Of a stretch of DNA of 64,000 nucleotides, positions 19,371 to 29,403 are shown in pieces. The notes under the pieces are model-generated. The model was not told where the DNA came from. It saw only the letters and a program-made list of their open reading frames with translations, and searched no databases. How positions within the stretch are numbered: position 1 is the first letter of the stretch; every line of letters begins with the position of its first letter. The stretch is taken from NCBI GenBank assembly GCA_963772365.1, contig CAVYXA010000001.1, positions 1,440,001 to 1,504,000 of the forward strand. Reading direction: 5' to 3'. Origin of the DNA: an uncultured Verrucomicrobiae bacterium (GTDB taxonomy: Bacteria; Verrucomicrobiota; Verrucomicrobiia; Chthoniobacterales; UBA10450). The translations under genes were made by a program, and so were the position numbers.

Positions 19371-20060
19371 ATGTTTGCGCCGGCTGACCTCCTCAATCTT
19401 GAGCACACCGCTCATCCGAAATTGTTCGAAAATCAGACTTATGTCTGGGAGGCGCTGAAACAGATCGCCAGCTATCTGCAATTTCGATTGAAACCAGCTG
19501 TGCTCGGCGAGTTGCTGGGAAAACCATTCATTAGCAACACGGTTTTTATTGGTGCGGGAACAATCGTTGAACAAGGCGCTTTTTTAAAAGGGCCCGCCTG
19601 GATCGGCGAAAAATGTCATATCCGCAGCGGCTGCTATGTGCGCGAGAACGTGATCGCAGGCAATGGCGTAGTGATGGGTAATTCATGCGAATTCAAGAAT
19701 TGCGTTCTGTTCAACGAAGCGCAGGTGCCACATTTCAATTACGTAGGCGATTCGATCGTGGGATATCGTGCTCACCTTGGCGCAGGCGTGATCCTTTCGA
19801 ATGTAAAGTTGGACCATCGAGAAATTACTGTTTCCGGACCGGATGGCAGTATTGCGACGGGGCTCAAGAAATTTGGAGCAATTATTGGTGACCAGAGTGA
19901 GATCGGTTGCAATGCCGTGATCAATCCGGGAGCCGTGATCGGACGGGATTGCATCATCTATCCTGGTGTAAACTTTCGCGGCGTGCTTGAAGCAGAGAGC
20001 GTGGTAAAAATGCGCCAGAACACTCAGACTGTCAGTCGGCGCGATTTCGAAAAACGCTGA
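19371..20060 (+). CDS. GlmU-like left-handed beta-helix acetyltransferase (no nucleotidyltransferase domain)
   Basis: Hexapeptide repeats, GNSCEFKN, PHFNYVGDS, KFGAIIGD. Confidence 0.8.
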   Translation: MFAPADLLNLEHTAHPKLFENQTYVWEALKQIASYLQFRLKPAVLGELLGKPFISNTVFIGAGTIVEQGAFLKGPAWIGEKCHIRSGCYVRENVIAGNGVVMGNSCEFKNCVLFNEAQVPHFNYVGDSIVGYRAHLGAGVILSNVKLDHREITVSGPDGSIATGLKKFGAIIGDQSEIGCNAVINPGAVIGRDCIIYPGVNFRGVLEAESVVKMRQNTQTVSRRDFEKR

Positions 20061-20079
20061 TCGCGCTGACAAGCGAGTC

Positions 20080-20751
20080 TTAGCTGGAAAATGGATCGAT
20101 TGTCCGGCTCGGCTTCTTCTTTAGCCATCCGAACTGATAAAGGAGGCGATCGAACCAGCCGGTCTTGCTGACATCGAAAATCTTTTTCGCGCTCTGAACC
20201 CATTTCCGACCTTCGGAGTTGTTTCCGTGATCGAAAGCCCAAGCGGCCTGGGCATAATAATAAGCTGGCGTTTCGGTAGGAAACAAAATGGCGGCCCGGG
20301 CCTCACGCGCTTTAGATTGATTATGTTCGCCCAGCGAACTCATCAAAATTCCGAACCGGAGATAATCCGGCCACATCGGCGACTTCACCAGATCCAAAAG
20401 TTTCTCGTATTCGCTGCGCGCCTCCGAAAATTTCTTCTGCTGCAGCATCAAATCGGCAATGTGAATTCTGGGACCGAAAGCATCGTAATCAGATAAATGG
20501 GCCGACTCGAAGGCCTTTGCGGCTTCATCCAGTTTCCCCTGTTCTCTGTAGATGCGGCCTCGCAGATCGAGTGACTGCGCCGTACTCCCGGATTTGTCAG
20601 CACGATCCAGAGCAGCCAGCGCCTCATCGAAATTTCCATTCAAATAGGCCTGCTTCGCAGTGCTCAAATCATGGCTGAGAGCGGGAAGATTAGTCTGAGC
20701 CAAGGCAACAGAACCGAAGACAAAGAAAATCAGGGTGAGGATCGTCCGCAC
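20080..20751 (-). CDS. Exported tetratricopeptide-repeat protein
   Basis: Signal peptide from GTG 20751; TPR-like helices (LRGRIYREQGKLDEAAKAF). Confidence 0.75.
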   Translation of the reverse strand: MRTILTLIFFVFGSVALAQTNLPALSHDLSTAKQAYLNGNFDEALAALDRADKSGSTAQSLDLRGRIYREQGKLDEAAKAFESAHLSDYDAFGPRIHIADLMLQQKKFSEARSEYEKLLDLVKSPMWPDYLRFGILMSSLGEHNQSKAREARAAILFPTETPAYYYAQAAWAFDHGNNSEGRKWVQSAKKIFDVSKTGWFDRLLYQFGWLKKKPSRTIDPFSS

Positions 20752-20801
20752 GGGAAGATCATTTCTGATCAGGGCGCGCGGGGCAAGAGCAAGTTGCAGC
20801 G

Positions 20802-20886
20802 CGGATGGGGGGGGATTCGAACCCCCGGTGCCTTTCGGCACACACGCTTTCCAGGCGTGCACAATCGACCGCTCTGTCACCCATCC
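20802..20886 (-). tRNA. tRNA-Ser (anticodon GGA); CCA not encoded
   Basis: GGATGGG/CCCATCC acceptor stem, CACGC-CTGGAAA-GCGTG anticodon arm, long variable arm GTGCC-GAAA-GGCAC, GGTTCGAATCC T-arm, discriminator G. Confidence 0.95.
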
Positions 20887-20892
20887 TTTTGA

Positions 20893-20920
20893 CTCCTGCT
20901 CGTGCTCGTAATCGTGATCG
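20893..20920. repeat. Degenerate 6-mer tandem repeat (ctcgtg-like)
   Basis: ctcctg ctcgtg ctcgta atcgtg atcg just upstream of the tRNA. Confidence 0.6.
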
Positions 20921-21010
20921 CCTTCATCTCGCCTGCGGCGCGGCGGGCATCTTACAACATCGAGAGGCCACACGCGAATTGCGCGTTGTAGTCCTCAACC
21001 GATTCAGCCC

Positions 21011-21103
21011 GTCATTCTGAGCGAAGCGAAAAATCTCATATCATTTCGCCTGAGCATTCGACGAGGTGAATGGCTCGAGATATTTCGCTTCGCTCAATAT
21101 GAC
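21011..21103. repeat. Inverted pair of GTCAT-family palindromic repeats
   Basis: gtcattctgagcgaagcgaaaaatctc ... gagatatttcgcttcgctcaatatgac. Confidence 0.8.
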
Positions 21104-21135
21104 AGAAACGGGAAGAAGCCAATGCTGCGTCGCTT

Positions 21136-21952
21136 CTACAATTGCAATCGCCGGAACAGTTCATCGAGCGGCAATTGGATCCCGATAAAGAATTCGCCGA
21201 AATCAGCGTATTCGGCGCTCACCGGATCAAAGCGCATTTTGTAAACGATGGCCTTGATTTGGAATGTGTCGCGCGAGAACAAGGTGACGCCCCACTCGGC
21301 ATCGTCCAAACCTGTCGATCCGGTGATGAGCTGTTTGACTTTCCCGGCAAATTCGCGGCCAACAGTAGCGTGGCCTTTCATCAGTTTTTTCCGCTCGTCG
21401 TAGGGAAGAGCATACCAATTGCGCTGGTCGCCGCGGCGCTTGTTCATATTGTAGAAGCAGACAACCGGCCAATCAGGCAGTGTCGGATAAACCCGATCCT
21501 GCCGATAATGTTTGATTCGGTCGCGAAAGGTAGCCAGGGCCTGCTCCAGTTTCGCTGGATCGCTTCGGGTAGCCTGATCGAGCCCCTGAATATATTCGTC
21601 TTCCGTACCTGATATATTCGCTCTCCTCCGTGAGAGAAAGATAACTGTAAACAGGTGTCAGAACGTCAGGACCGAGTGCGAGAGTCAACCGCTTTTCGAT
21701 CTTGTTCGCCGTGTGCAAATCCGGCGTGAGCAACATGAAACCGAGATCCGCTTTCGGAGTGACGATGCTCAGCGTGAGCAATTGCGTCGAATCCATCGCC
21801 CGAATTTCTTGAACCAGCGACGTCAGATTCGTTTTTGCCGCGTTTTGTTCCGCTCGGTTGAGCAGTTGCCACTGGCCATATTCGATCCGGTAGAACAAAT
21901 GCAGGCAATGCCAACCCTCTTCAGGGAGAAGCGCGGTATTCTTATCAGTCAT
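21136..21952 (-). CDS. hemQ: Coproheme decarboxylase (ChdC/HemQ)-like protein of the chlorite dismutase superfamily; one frameshift near 21609
   Basis: [26 protein letters not shown]...[33 protein letters not shown]. Deleting one base near 21609 joins the two ORFs ([10 protein letters not shown]...). Confidence 0.8.
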
Positions 21953-22081
21953 CGCCGGCTAGTTTCGGACGTTGGTCGCGTTGGTCAAGATGCCATGAAT
22001 TTTTCATATAACCCGTCACCTGCACCTATCATGAACGGTGACAAATTCCGCGCAGTGATCCCTCGGGGGTTTTTGCCAGAT

Positions 22082-22861
22082 CTACGTCGCAGGCGTTTCG
22101 GCTCGTGGTAAATGCGCCAGGCAATACTCTTCGCCATCGCGGGCCACGCGGAACTCAAGATTCGGATCGCTCAGTTCGGTCGCACCGCAAACGGCGCATT
22201 TGTGCAGCGGCTCCGCTTCCGGTCGCGCCTGCGATTCAAAACGCCGGCGGCGCTTTGAGACTTCACCACGATGCCGGGCGTCATGGATGATCTGCGGTCC
22301 AAAGAAGATCAGATAATTGCTCAATGCAGCGACCATGGCCATTCGATAGGCATTCCCGTTCGTCACAAAACCGAACAACAACAACGCGGCCGTGACCCAG
22401 GCGATCCATTTGATCTTCGCCGGCAGGATAAAAAAGATGTAGATTACTTCCTCGGGATAAAATCGGGCGAAAGCGAAGAATAAAGATGCGATGAGCATCT
22501 CATTGGAAAAATTGCTGCCGAAGAAAAATGCCGCGGCGGTCGTGCCGATCCATCCCACAAAGAAATACAGCGTAAATCGGAATGCGCCCCACGCCCGTTC
22601 GATCCCTTCTCCAATCCACCAAAGAAACCAGAGAACGAGGATGATCCAAAAGCTAAGTGTTTGCGGCAGGAAGATGTAGGTGAATAGCCGCCAGACCTGG
22701 CCGTGAAGTATTCGTCCCGGGTCGAGCGCGAGAAAAAATCGAAAAGGCGGATTCAGCCAGATCAGCAACCAGACCAGGGCGGTGAAACCGACAACGATGC
22801 GCATGAGTCCCGGAATGCCAAGAAAACCGAAGCGGCGCTCGAGTTTGTTGAGGAAAGTCAT
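22082..22861 (-). CDS. Rhomboid-like membrane protein with C-terminal Cys/His metal-binding tail
   Basis: GQVWRLFTYIF, several TM helices, HKCAVCG...YCLAH. Confidence 0.7.
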   Translation of the reverse strand: MTFLNKLERRFGFLGIPGLMRIVVGFTALVWLLIWLNPPFRFFLALDPGRILHGQVWRLFTYIFLPQTLSFWIILVLWFLWWIGEGIERAWGAFRFTLYFFVGWIGTTAAAFFFGSNFSNEMLIASLFFAFARFYPEEVIYIFFILPAKIKWIAWVTAALLLFGFVTNGNAYRMAMVAALSNYLIFFGPQIIHDARHRGEVSKRRRRFESQARPEAEPLHKCAVCGATELSDPNLEFRVARDGEEYCLAHLPRAETPAT

Positions 22862-22910
22862 CGTTGCGGCAGCATTGCGCAGTCCGACGGCGAAGTCTAG
22901 GCTTGGCCCC

Positions 22911-23972
22911 GTGAACGAATCCGCCAGACGCACCCCGCTTTACGAGGAACATGTGCGGCTAGACGCGAAGATTGTACCCTTCGCCGGCTGGCTGATGCCG
23001 GTGCAGTACACCAGCATCGTCGATGAGCACAAAGCTGTGCGAAACAGTGTCGGCATTTTCGACATTTCACACATGGGCCAATTGATTGTCGATGGTACCG
23101 ACGCACGCAATTGGCTCAATACGATGCTGACCAACAACATCGACAAACTCGAGGTTGGCACCGGCCAATACACATTTCTGCTGAACGATAACGGCGGGAT
23201 TATCGACGACCTGATCGCATACCGAATCGCCGATGAACAAATTTTGCTGGTCGTGAACGCAGCGCGGACCGACGAAGATCTCGCATGGCTCCAAAAACAT
23301 TTGCGCGGCGAAATTAGGATCGACAACCGCAGCGAAAAATTTGGCGGGGTTGCTATCCAGGGGCCGGGCGTAGTCGAATTATTCGACGAGTTGCCAGCGA
23401 GAAATCACATTGTCGATGTTACGATCGACGGAATGCCGGTTTCGATCGCGCGGACTGGATACACGGGCGAAGACGGCGTCGAAGTTTTCTTCCGCGCGGA
23501 AGACGCAGTGAAATTCTGGAGACTGATGGTGGATCGCGGTGCGAAACCATGTGGACTTGGTGCGCGCGATACGTTGCGACTCGAGATGTGTTACCCGCTC
23601 AACGGTTCAGATCTTTCACCAGAACGAAATCCGATCGAAGCCGGACTCGGTTTCTTTGTCGATCTTACCAAGCCAAAGTTCATCGGCCGTGATGCGTTAA
23701 TAAAAACCAAAGAGAACGGTCCGCGTGAAAAGCTGGTTTCATTTCGAATGAAAGAGAAAGGGCCGCCGCCGCGGTCGCATTATGCCGTGTTCGAGAACAG
23801 CGACCGGATTGGTAAGGTCACGAGCGGAACACTTTCTCCGAGCTTGAACTGGGGCATTGGGATGGCGTATGTGTCGGCCAAACACGCGAAGATCGGCGCC
23901 GAGATCGACATCGAGATTCGCGGTCAAAAATTTCCGGCCGTTATCGAAAAGAAACCGTTATATAAAAAATAA
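22911..23972 (+). CDS. gcvT: Glycine cleavage system aminomethyltransferase T
   Basis: RTPLY, PFAGWLMPVQY, FDISHMG, GGIIDDL, RTGYTGEDG, GLGARDTLRLE. Confidence 0.95.
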   Translation: MNESARRTPLYEEHVRLDAKIVPFAGWLMPVQYTSIVDEHKAVRNSVGIFDISHMGQLIVDGTDARNWLNTMLTNNIDKLEVGTGQYTFLLNDNGGIIDDLIAYRIADEQILLVVNAARTDEDLAWLQKHLRGEIRIDNRSEKFGGVAIQGPGVVELFDELPARNHIVDVTIDGMPVSIARTGYTGEDGVEVFFRAEDAVKFWRLMVDRGAKPCGLGARDTLRLEMCYPLNGSDLSPERNPIEAGLGFFVDLTKPKFIGRDALIKTKENGPREKLVSFRMKEKGPPPRSHYAVFENSDRIGKVTSGTLSPSLNWGIGMAYVSAKHAKIGAEIDIEIRGQKFPAVIEKKPLYKK

Positions 23973-23976
23973 CCGC

Positions 23977-24000
23977 GCCGCTGAGGACAGCGGCCCCTAC
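23977..24000 (-). repeat. GTAG-type REP element
   Basis: Reverse strand gtagggg-ccgctg-tcct-cagcggc between gcvT and gcvH. Confidence 0.6.
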
Positions 24001-24006
24001 AACATC

Positions 24007-24384
24007 ATGAATGTTCCCGAAGATTTACTTTATACCGAGAGCCACGAATGGATTCGCCGCGAAGGCGATAGAATTCGCGTCGGCATCACCGATCACGCCC
24101 AATCGGAGCTGACCGATGTCGTGTTTGTCGAGCTGCCGAAAATGGATCGACAAGTGAACGCGAAGGAAGCAATTGCCGTCGTCGAATCAGTGAAGGCCGC
24201 GAGCGATATTTACGCTCCAGTTAAAGGCAAAGTTGTCGAAGTAAACAAAGCTCTCGAAGCGGATCCGGGTTTGATCAATCGCGAACCGTTTGGCCAAGGC
24301 TGGATTTTTGTCCTCAAGATCGACAATGCGGATGATTTGAAAAATTTGAAAGACGCTGCCGCCTACAAGAAGCAGATTGTCTAG
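24007..24384 (+). CDS. gcvH: Glycine cleavage system H protein
   Basis: YTESHEW, GITDHAQ, VESVKAASDIYAP lipoyl-Lys motif. Confidence 0.96.
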   Translation: MNVPEDLLYTESHEWIRREGDRIRVGITDHAQSELTDVVFVELPKMDRQVNAKEAIAVVESVKAASDIYAPVKGKVVEVNKALEADPGLINREPFGQGWIFVLKIDNADDLKNLKDAAAYKKQIV

Positions 24385-24386
24385 TC

Positions 24387-24414
24387 TGTCATTCTGAGCG
24401 AAGCGAAGAATCTC
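24387..24414. repeat. Single GTCAT-family repeat arm
   Basis: tgtcattctgagcgaagcgaagaatctc right after the gcvH stop. Confidence 0.7.
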
Positions 24415-24495
24415 CGATCATTTTCCTCCGCCAGCTCGCTCTGTGTAAGTCAATAACACGAAGAGCTGCGAAAGCAGCAAATGGATGCGGTACCA

Positions 24496-24879
24496 CTAGT
24501 CTTTACCAAAAAGAAGCTCGTCCACGCCGCGGAGCACCTCTTCGATCCGCACAGGCGCGGCGAAAAAGCTGTGGCCGCTCAGAATCCCGCCGGAAATCAT
24601 CTGGCTCTCCGGCTTGAGATTGCTCAGGCAAACCACCGGAGTGTCTTTAAGAACGGTGTCGTTGTGTAGCTGACGCTCAAGAACCTGACCCTCGGGACTT
24701 GTCGGTGGGGTATCGAGCAGGATCAAATCGGGCTGGAAACCGCGAGCGGTTTGAATTGCCGAGTGATCATCGTGCTCTTCCTGGACCAAATATTTGCCGG
24801 CCTTTTCCAATGCCTGCCGAACGAGCCGCGTAACTCCCGGTTCGTGATCGACCAATAAGATTTTTTTGGGTGTGCTCAT
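24496..24879 (-). CDS. Single-domain response regulator (atypical)
   Basis: KILLVDHE, PDLILLD; the usual KP is replaced by AP. Confidence 0.8.
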   Translation of the reverse strand: MSTPKKILLVDHEPGVTRLVRQALEKAGKYLVQEEHDDHSAIQTARGFQPDLILLDTPPTSPEGQVLERQLHNDTVLKDTPVVCLSNLKPESQMISGGILSGHSFFAAPVRIEEVLRGVDELLFGKD

Positions 24880-24905
24880 GATAAGCTGAAATCGGCAACG
24901 TTTGG

Positions 24906-24921
24906 AGCATCGGATGTGCCA
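24906..24921 (-). promoter_or_regulatory. Candidate sigma-54 promoter
   Basis: TGGCAC-atccg-ATGCT (GG-N10-GC), 26 nt before the regulator ATG. Confidence 0.6.
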
Positions 24922-25036
24922 GCAGGCCAGCGCCATCGACACCACAAAAACAGAACCAGGCGTCGCTGGATTAGAACTTCGTCCATATGATCATTTTCGA
25001 CACGACAGCGCGCCTGCCGTTTCATAGGATTGAACC

Positions 25037-26581
25037 ATGAACGACCCGATCCTCATCGCGGTAGCGAACTCTCCGATTTATCTGTTGCCGAAAATGGCGA
25101 ACCGTCACGGCCTGATCGCCGGCGCAACCGGGACTGGCAAGACAGTGACCTTGCAGACACTCGCAGAAAATTTCAGCGCCCGCGGTGTGCCGGTGTTTAT
25201 GGCCGACGTAAAAGGCGATCTCGCCGGATTGAGTCAACCCGGCGGAAACAATTCGAAAATCGTCGAGCGGGTAAAGGAACTTAAGATCGACGATTTTAAA
25301 GGCGAAGCCAGCCCGGTGATTTTCTGGGACGTATTTGGCGAGCAGGGTCATCCTGTCCGCGCCACCGTCTCCGAAATGGGCCCACTTTTGTTGGGACGCT
25401 TGCTGGAACTCAACGAGACCCAGGAAGGCGTGCTCAACATGGTGTTTAAGATCGCTGATGAAAACGGTCTTCTGCTTCTCGATCTAAAAGATTTGCGCGC
25501 GATGCTGCAATACGTCGCCGACAACGCCGATCAGTTCCAGACTCAGTATGGAAACATTTCCGCGGCGAGTGCGGGAGCAATCCAGAGAAGCTTGCTCGCT
25601 CTTGAATCGCAAGGCGCCGACAAGTTTTTCGGCGAACCTGCGCTGAACTTGCAGGACCTGATCCAGACCGAAGGCGGCAAAGGCATTATCAATATTCTGG
25701 CCGCGGACCGTTTGATGCAAAAATCGCCGAAAGTTTATGCAACTTTCCTGCTCTGGATGCTGTCGGAATTGTTTGAGACGTTGCCGGAGATTGGCGATCC
25801 GGAAAAACCGAAGCTGGTTTTTTTCTTCGACGAAGCGCACTTGCTGTTCACCGATATCGCCAAGCCGGTGGAAGAGAAGATCGAGCAAATGGTGCGACTG
25901 ATTCGATCCAAAGGCGTCGGCGTATATTTTGTAAGTCAGAATCCGCTCGATATTCCGGACGTAGTGCTGGGGCAACTTGGGAACCGGGTGCAGCATGCAT
26001 TGCGCGCATTTACTCCGCGCGATCAGAAGGCGGTGCTGGCGGCAGCCGAAACGTTCCGACAGAATCCAAAGTTTAAGATCGACAAAGTGATCACTGAACT
26101 GGGTGTGGGCGAAGCATTGGTATCGATGCTGGATGAAAATGGCAGCCCGGAAATTGTGGAACGGGCCAAGATCGTTCCTCCGCGCAGCCAGATCGGTGCA
26201 ATCACGCCAGAGCAACGCAAAGAAATCGTCTCTTCATCCCTCATTGCCGGTCATTATGAGAAGGCAGTCGATCGCGAATCGGCTTATGAGAAATTGCAGG
26301 CCCGGGCAGCTGACAAAGTGGAAAGCGCGGGAGCTCCGCCCGCCGCTGCCACCAGCACTGGAGCTCCAGAAGGAGCGAAACCTTCATTGCTAGCTGAGGC
26401 GCTCGGAACGGTTACGTCGGCGTTCCAACCAACCGTCGGCCCGCGGGGTGGAATCCACGATTCGGTGGCAACATCAATGGCCAAGAGCGCTATGCGCGCG
26501 GCCAGCAGTCAAATCGGGCGGCAAGTCGTGCGTGGCTTGCTGGGCGGAATCCTCGGGGGAAGCGGGCGAAGGCGATATTAG
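25037..26581 (+). CDS. DUF853 / HerA-like P-loop ATPase (YjgR family)
   Basis: [42 protein letters not shown]. Confidence 0.9.
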   Translation: MNDPILIAVANSPIYLLPKMANRHGLIAGATGTGKTVTLQTLAENFSARGVPVFMADVKGDLAGLSQPGGNNSKIVERVKELKIDDFKGEASPVIFWDVFGEQGHPVRATVSEMGPLLLGRLLELNETQEGVLNMVFKIADENGLLLLDLKDLRAMLQYVADNADQFQTQYGNISAASAGAIQRSLLALESQGADKFFGEPALNLQDLIQTEGGKGIINILAADRLMQKSPKVYATFLLWMLSELFETLPEIGDPEKPKLVFFFDEAHLLFTDIAKPVEEKIEQMVRLIRSKGVGVYFVSQNPLDIPDVVLGQLGNRVQHALRAFTPRDQKAVLAAAETFRQNPKFKIDKVITELGVGEALVSMLDENGSPEIVERAKIVPPRSQIGAITPEQRKEIVSSSLIAGHYEKAVDRESAYEKLQARAADKVESAGAPPAAATSTGAPEGAKPSLLAEALGTVTSAFQPTVGPRGGIHDSVATSMAKSAMRAASSQIGRQVVRGLLGGILGGSGRRRY

Positions 26582-26624
26582 CGGGCTGGAACTGAAGCGC
26601 AGGGCACGCCGATCAGTTCGTTCG

Positions 26625-26661
26625 AAAAATCGCCGGCGCGATCCGAATTACGCCGGCGATT
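26625..26661 (-). terminator. Probable intrinsic terminator between convergent genes
   Basis: aatcgccggcg...cgccggcgatt stem; A-run at 26625-26629 gives a U-tract on the minus strand. Confidence 0.55.
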
Positions 26662-26722
26662 CTAATTCGTGGGATCGGCATCTCCGCCGATTTTCCTCGA
26701 TGGGCTGGAAGTCCTGACTACA

Positions 26723-27010
26723 TTACTTTTTCTTCGCTTCTTTTTTCGCCGCGCCCTTGGCTTCGATATCGATAGCCGTCATCGTGTAGTGAACGGTCAC
26801 CTTATCGCCCACTTTGACTTCCCCGCTCATTTTAGTGTTGGCATCGCGCGCGATCTCCCAACGGTCTTTCCCTTTTTGGACCGCGATCATCGAGTCGTTC
26901 ATTTCGAGGACGGGTCCTGTGACCTGATATTCCTTCGTTCCGGCGAACGCCAGGCTGCTGAGCGCGAGGCTTGCTGCTGTTAAAAGACTGACTGCTGTGG
27001 TGGTTTTCAT
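26723..27010 (-). CDS. Small exported protein, OB-fold-like
   Basis: Signal peptide ending AFA; YQVTGPVLE...KVGDKVTVHY. Confidence 0.8.
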   Translation of the reverse strand: MKTTTAVSLLTAASLALSSLAFAGTKEYQVTGPVLEMNDSMIAVQKGKDRWEIARDANTKMSGEVKVGDKVTVHYTMTAIDIEAKGAAKKEAKKK

Positions 27011-27155
27011 AGTGTGCCTGATTAGACTACCGGCAACGTGTTCTATTCAAGACTTTTGCGCTGGCCAACTTGATGTCCAGACGATTGGGCACTCGCCGGC
27101 AGTCAAGATGTCGGCTTTTCCGAGAGGCACCACTGTGCTTAATTGCGAGTTCGAC

Positions 27156-27473
27156 ATGAGCAGCAAACCGAAGTCGCCTGCAGCTGAGCTCAATTTCGAG
27201 AAAGCGATGGATCGACTCGAAGCAATCGTCGACCAGATGGAATCGGGTAAATTACATCTGGAGGATCTGATTGTGCGTTATGAAGAAGGAATGGGCCTGG
27301 TAAAAATTTGCCAGGAACGACTTGCCAGCGCCGAACAAAAGATCGAGATGATTGCACGAGACAAGGCGGGCAAACCGATCGTGAAAGATTTTGAACCTGC
27401 CGCAGATACGTCTGCCGAGACTCAGCCAGCCGAAAGGGAAGAAAAGCAAAATGACGACGTCAGACTCTTCTGA
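27156..27473 (+). CDS. xseB: Exodeoxyribonuclease VII small subunit
   Basis: FEKAMDRLEAIVDQMESG.L.LED...YEEG...AEQKI; upstream of dxs. Confidence 0.92.
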   Translation: MSSKPKSPAAELNFEKAMDRLEAIVDQMESGKLHLEDLIVRYEEGMGLVKICQERLASAEQKIEMIARDKAGKPIVKDFEPAADTSAETQPAEREEKQNDDVRLF

Positions 27474-29382
27474 AACCACGACCACAGCACCAGCCAGATT
27501 ACTCGACGGCATTCATTCACCAGCCGACATCAAAGTATTGAACGAGCACGACCTGCCGCAGCTGGCGCAGGAAGTGCGCGACGAGTTGATCAAAGTGCTT
27601 TCTCAAACCGGCGGCCACCTGGGGCCGAACCTGGGTGTGGTGGAGCTTACGATTGCGCTGCACCGCGTGTTCAATACGCCTCACGATCGTTTTGTCATGG
27701 ACGTGAGTCATCAAGGCTACGTCCACAAAATGTTTACCGGTCGTCTCGATCGGATTCATATGATGCGGCAGTTCGGAGGCTTGAACGGATTTTTGTTGAG
27801 GACGGAAAGCGAGCATGACAGCTACGGCGCCGGTCATGCCGGCACGGCTCTCTCTGCTGCATTAGGCATGGCGGTGGGCCGCGATTTGCGTGGCGGCGAC
27901 GAGCACATCGTGGCGATCGCCGGTGATGCTGCGTTTACGTGTGGGATCAGTTACGAAGCTCTCAACAATATAAGAGCACAGACAAAACGTTTTATCGTTG
28001 TCCTTAATGATAACGAATGGTCGATCGCCAAGAACGTCGGCGCGATCGCGAACTACCTGAATAGTATCGTGACCAACCCGACTTACGCGCACCTGCACGA
28101 AAAGGCACACGCTTTTGTGAAAGCAATCCTTGGCAAAACCGGGGTGCATATTGCCCATAAAGTCGAAGAGAGCTTCAAAGGATTGCTGGTGCCGAGCGTG
28201 ATTTTTGAAGAGTTCGGCCTCCGCTATTACGGACCCATCGACGGCCACGATATTCCCCTGCTCATTCGGACGTTCGAATTTTTGAAAACCCAGGACGAGC
28301 CTGTCCTGCTTCATATCCTGACGAAAAAGGGCAAAGGCTACGAGCCGGCCATCAAGCAGCCGGACAAATTTCACGGACTCGGCAAATATAAGATCGAGAG
28401 CGGCGAGACCGCGCCTTCGCCGACACCGACGTATTCGGAAATCATTGGCAAAACCCTGGCAAAATTTGCCGAAACGAATCAGAAACTTGTCGCTATAACT
28501 GCGGCGATGCCGAGCGGCACGGGTCTTTCGCATTTCGCAAAAGCTCATCCAGCGCGCTATTTCGATGTCGGCATTGCCGAAGAACATGCGGCGTTATTTG
28601 CGTGCGGCGTGGCCACGCAAGGACTAACCCCTTTTCTGGCGATTTACTCCACTTTTTTCCAGCGCGCCTACGACATGGCCATTCATGACATGGCGATTCA
28701 GAGATTGAACGTTCGCTTGTGCATGGACCGCGCGGGATTGAGCGGAGATGACGGGCCGACCCATCATGGATTGTTCGACATCGGTTATCTGCGGCACATC
28801 CCGAATTGGGTGCACATGCAACCTAAGAACGAAGACGAATTCGTGGACATGCTCTGGACGATGGCGCACTACAACTCCGGGCCGATCGCCGTTCGCTACC
28901 CACGCGGCGCCGGAACGGGCGCGCAGATCAAAGCCGAGCCGAAGCTGCTCGAAATCGGCAAGGCGGAAGTTGTGCAACATGGGCGCGATGTGGCGATCTT
29001 TGGCCTAGGCAACATGTTTGAAGTGGCTGAGGAAGCAGCGCGCAAACTGGAGGAGAAAGGAATCTCAGTTGCATTGATCAATCCGCGTTGGATCAAACCG
29101 ATGGACACTGGCACGCTGGAATTTTTCGCTCGCAGTGTCGAGGTCGTCGCCACGATTGAAGATCACGTTCTGCACAACGGCTTCGGTTGCGCTGTGATGG
29201 AACATTTGCACTCGCAAATGATCCAAACGCCGGTCGTGCGGGTCGGTTGGCCGGATGAATTCATCGAGCACGGCGCAGTCCCCATCTTGCGGAAGAAACA
29301 CGGCATCACCGCTGACGCGCTCGTCGAGAAAGTGCTGCCTCTACTCAAGAAAAAATCGGTAGCGAAGACAAGCGCAGCCTAG
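27451..29382 (+). CDS. dxs: 1-deoxy-D-xylulose-5-phosphate synthase
   Basis: GGHLGPNLGVVEL, DVSHQGYVHK, GDAA...EALNN, GIAEEHA, DRAG...DGPTHHG. Confidence 0.97.
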   Translation: MTTSDSSETTTTAPARLLDGIHSPADIKVLNEHDLPQLAQEVRDELIKVLSQTGGHLGPNLGVVELTIALHRVFNTPHDRFVMDVSHQGYVHKMFTGRLDRIHMMRQFGGLNGFLLRTESEHDSYGAGHAGTALSAALGMAVGRDLRGGDEHIVAIAGDAAFTCGISYEALNNIRAQTKRFIVVLNDNEWSIAKNVGAIANYLNSIVTNPTYAHLHEKAHAFVKAILGKTGVHIAHKVEESFKGLLVPSVIFEEFGLRYYGPIDGHDIPLLIRTFEFLKTQDEPVLLHILTKKGKGYEPAIKQPDKFHGLGKYKIESGETAPSPTPTYSEIIGKTLAKFAETNQKLVAITAAMPSGTGLSHFAKAHPARYFDVGIAEEHAALFACGVATQGLTPFLAIYSTFFQRAYDMAIHDMAIQRLNVRLCMDRAGLSGDDGPTHHGLFDIGYLRHIPNWVHMQPKNEDEFVDMLWTMAHYNSGPIAVRYPRGAGTGAQIKAEPKLLEIGKAEVVQHGRDVAIFGLGNMFEVAEEAARKLEEKGISVALINPRWIKPMDTGTLEFFARSVEVVATIEDHVLHNGFGCAVMEHLHSQMIQTPVVRVGWPDEFIEHGAVPILRKKHGITADALVEKVLPLLKKKSVAKTSAA

Positions 29383-29403
29383 AGGGATGAGGGATGAACG
29401 ATG
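29383..29403 (+). repeat. Heptamer tandem array (left flank)
   Basis: agggatg agggatg aacgatg; contains the start codon of the four-helix gene. Confidence 0.75.

Noticed and set aside
20802..20886. tRNA-Ser as an integration site
   Set aside because: No integrase and no duplicated 3' end found; the ctccgcca near 42173-42180 does not match this tRNA.
22911..24384. Missing gcvP as a novel pathway
   Set aside because: gcvP is often encoded elsewhere; cannot be judged from this window.
25484..28587. Long antisense ORFs such as 25484-26215 and 27862-28587
   Set aside because: Shadow frames of well-supported genes with no recognisable motifs.
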